Assembly (NCBI GenBank): GCA_963849325.1
Contig: CAWKHF010000005.1
Location: 768,001 to 832,000 of the forward strand
Length of the DNA: 64,000 nucleotides
Source of the DNA: an uncultured Planctomycetota bacterium
GTDB taxonomy: Bacteria > Planctomycetota > Planctomycetia > Gemmatales > Gemmataceae
Direction of reading: 5' to 3'
A program made the position numbers and the translations under genes. Positions 63,266 to 64,000 of the stretch are shown one piece after another. The notes under the pieces are model-generated. The model searched no databases. It saw only the letters and a list, made by a program, of their open reading frames with translations, and was not told the DNA's origin. The stretch's first letter is position 1. Every line of letters starts with the position of its first letter.

Positions 63266-64000
63266 TCACTTGGCAAGGTCGAAAATCGCCATCTGCGTCG
63301 GCGGTCCCAGCTTCTCGTCTTCCGGCCCCACCGCTACGAACCGCACCGTATAGGCGAACCGCCCCGCGATTCCCTTCGCCCAGTCCTGAAACTCCTGCCG
63401 CGTCCACTCAAAGCGGTGGTCGGGATGTCGAAAGCACCCGGCCCCCAGCGTCTCCCATTTGACGTTGTACTCCCGATTCGGCGTCGTCAGCACGACCGTT
63501 CGCGGCTTGGCGAACTCGAACAACACCCGCTCGAATGCCGACAACCGTGGCGGATCAAGGTGCTCGACAACCTCGACGACACAGGCGGCGTCGAATCCCT
63601 CCAGCCGCTTATCCCGGTACATTAGGGAGCCGTGGATCAACTTCACACGCTCGGCCTGCTTGGTCGGCAACCGCTCCAGCTTCAGCCTCCGCTGGGCCAC
63701 TTCCAGCGAACGGATCGACACATCCAGTCCCACAATTTCCTCGAACTGCTTCTCTTTCAGAAGCTCGCGGATCAGCTTTCCTTCGCCGCAGCCAAGATCG
63801 AGAACGCGCTTGTCCGCCGCTGATCCGCAAAGCCGCCGTGACGGAACCGAGGCGTTGATCGTTCAAACTCAGCGGCTTTTCCAGCGTGTCTTCGGTCTTG
63901 TCGACTGGCCGCTCGTCCTCATCTGCCTCATGCGGCTCCTCCTCTTGCACGAGACGGGCGATGGCTTCACGGAAGAGACTTGGTTGGAACTTCAGGTAGC
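63266..64000 (-). CDS. hen1: Hen1 RNA 3'-terminal 2'-O-methyltransferase (5' part outside window; frameshift near 63825)
   Basis: RVLDLGCGEG, GSLMYRD, VEVVEHLDP, TTPNREYN, FRHPDHRFEWTR. Confidence 0.93.

Larger units (their letters stand above)
46940..64000. mobile_element. Integrative element / genomic island at tRNA-Gln (right end beyond window)
   Basis: Integrase next to tRNA, excisionase, phage-like ORFs, Rep, IS copies, visibly lower GC, host REPs absent. Confidence 0.85.

Overview
High-GC bacterial chromosome segment, most likely a planctomycete (Gemmataceae-like: two DUF1501 genes, a DUF1559 gene, MoxR/DUF58, ECF sigma, Ser/Thr kinase). Many single-base frameshifts hit even essential genes (trpS, pstB, phoB), so the assembly is probably error-prone long-read sequence. 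Positions 1-46.9 kb are core genome: a pst/pho operon with a fused pstC-pstA and a foreign insert, trpS, an ECF sigma locus, Aas-like and sigma54 genes, sppA, dinG, a DUF433/DUF5615 TA pair, three tRNAs (Gly-CCC, Leu-GAG, Gln-CTG), and many REP-like palindromes of several families. An integrated element starts just after tRNA-Gln (~46.9 kb) and runs off the window end. It carries a tyrosine integrase, excisionase, regulator, DUF5131, a P-loop ATPase with an upstream TGCAC palindrome, and an HUH rolling-circle-type Rep. It also has two inverted IS3-family copies and a largely translationally coupled RNA-repair cassette: Hen1, AAA_33 kinase, Thg1-like protein, YibA-like HEAT protein, an unknown protein and two RlaP-like nucleotidyltransferases. 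The cassette and the Rep/ATPase replicon are the best candidates for novel biology. All product calls come from reading motifs by eye; no searches were run.
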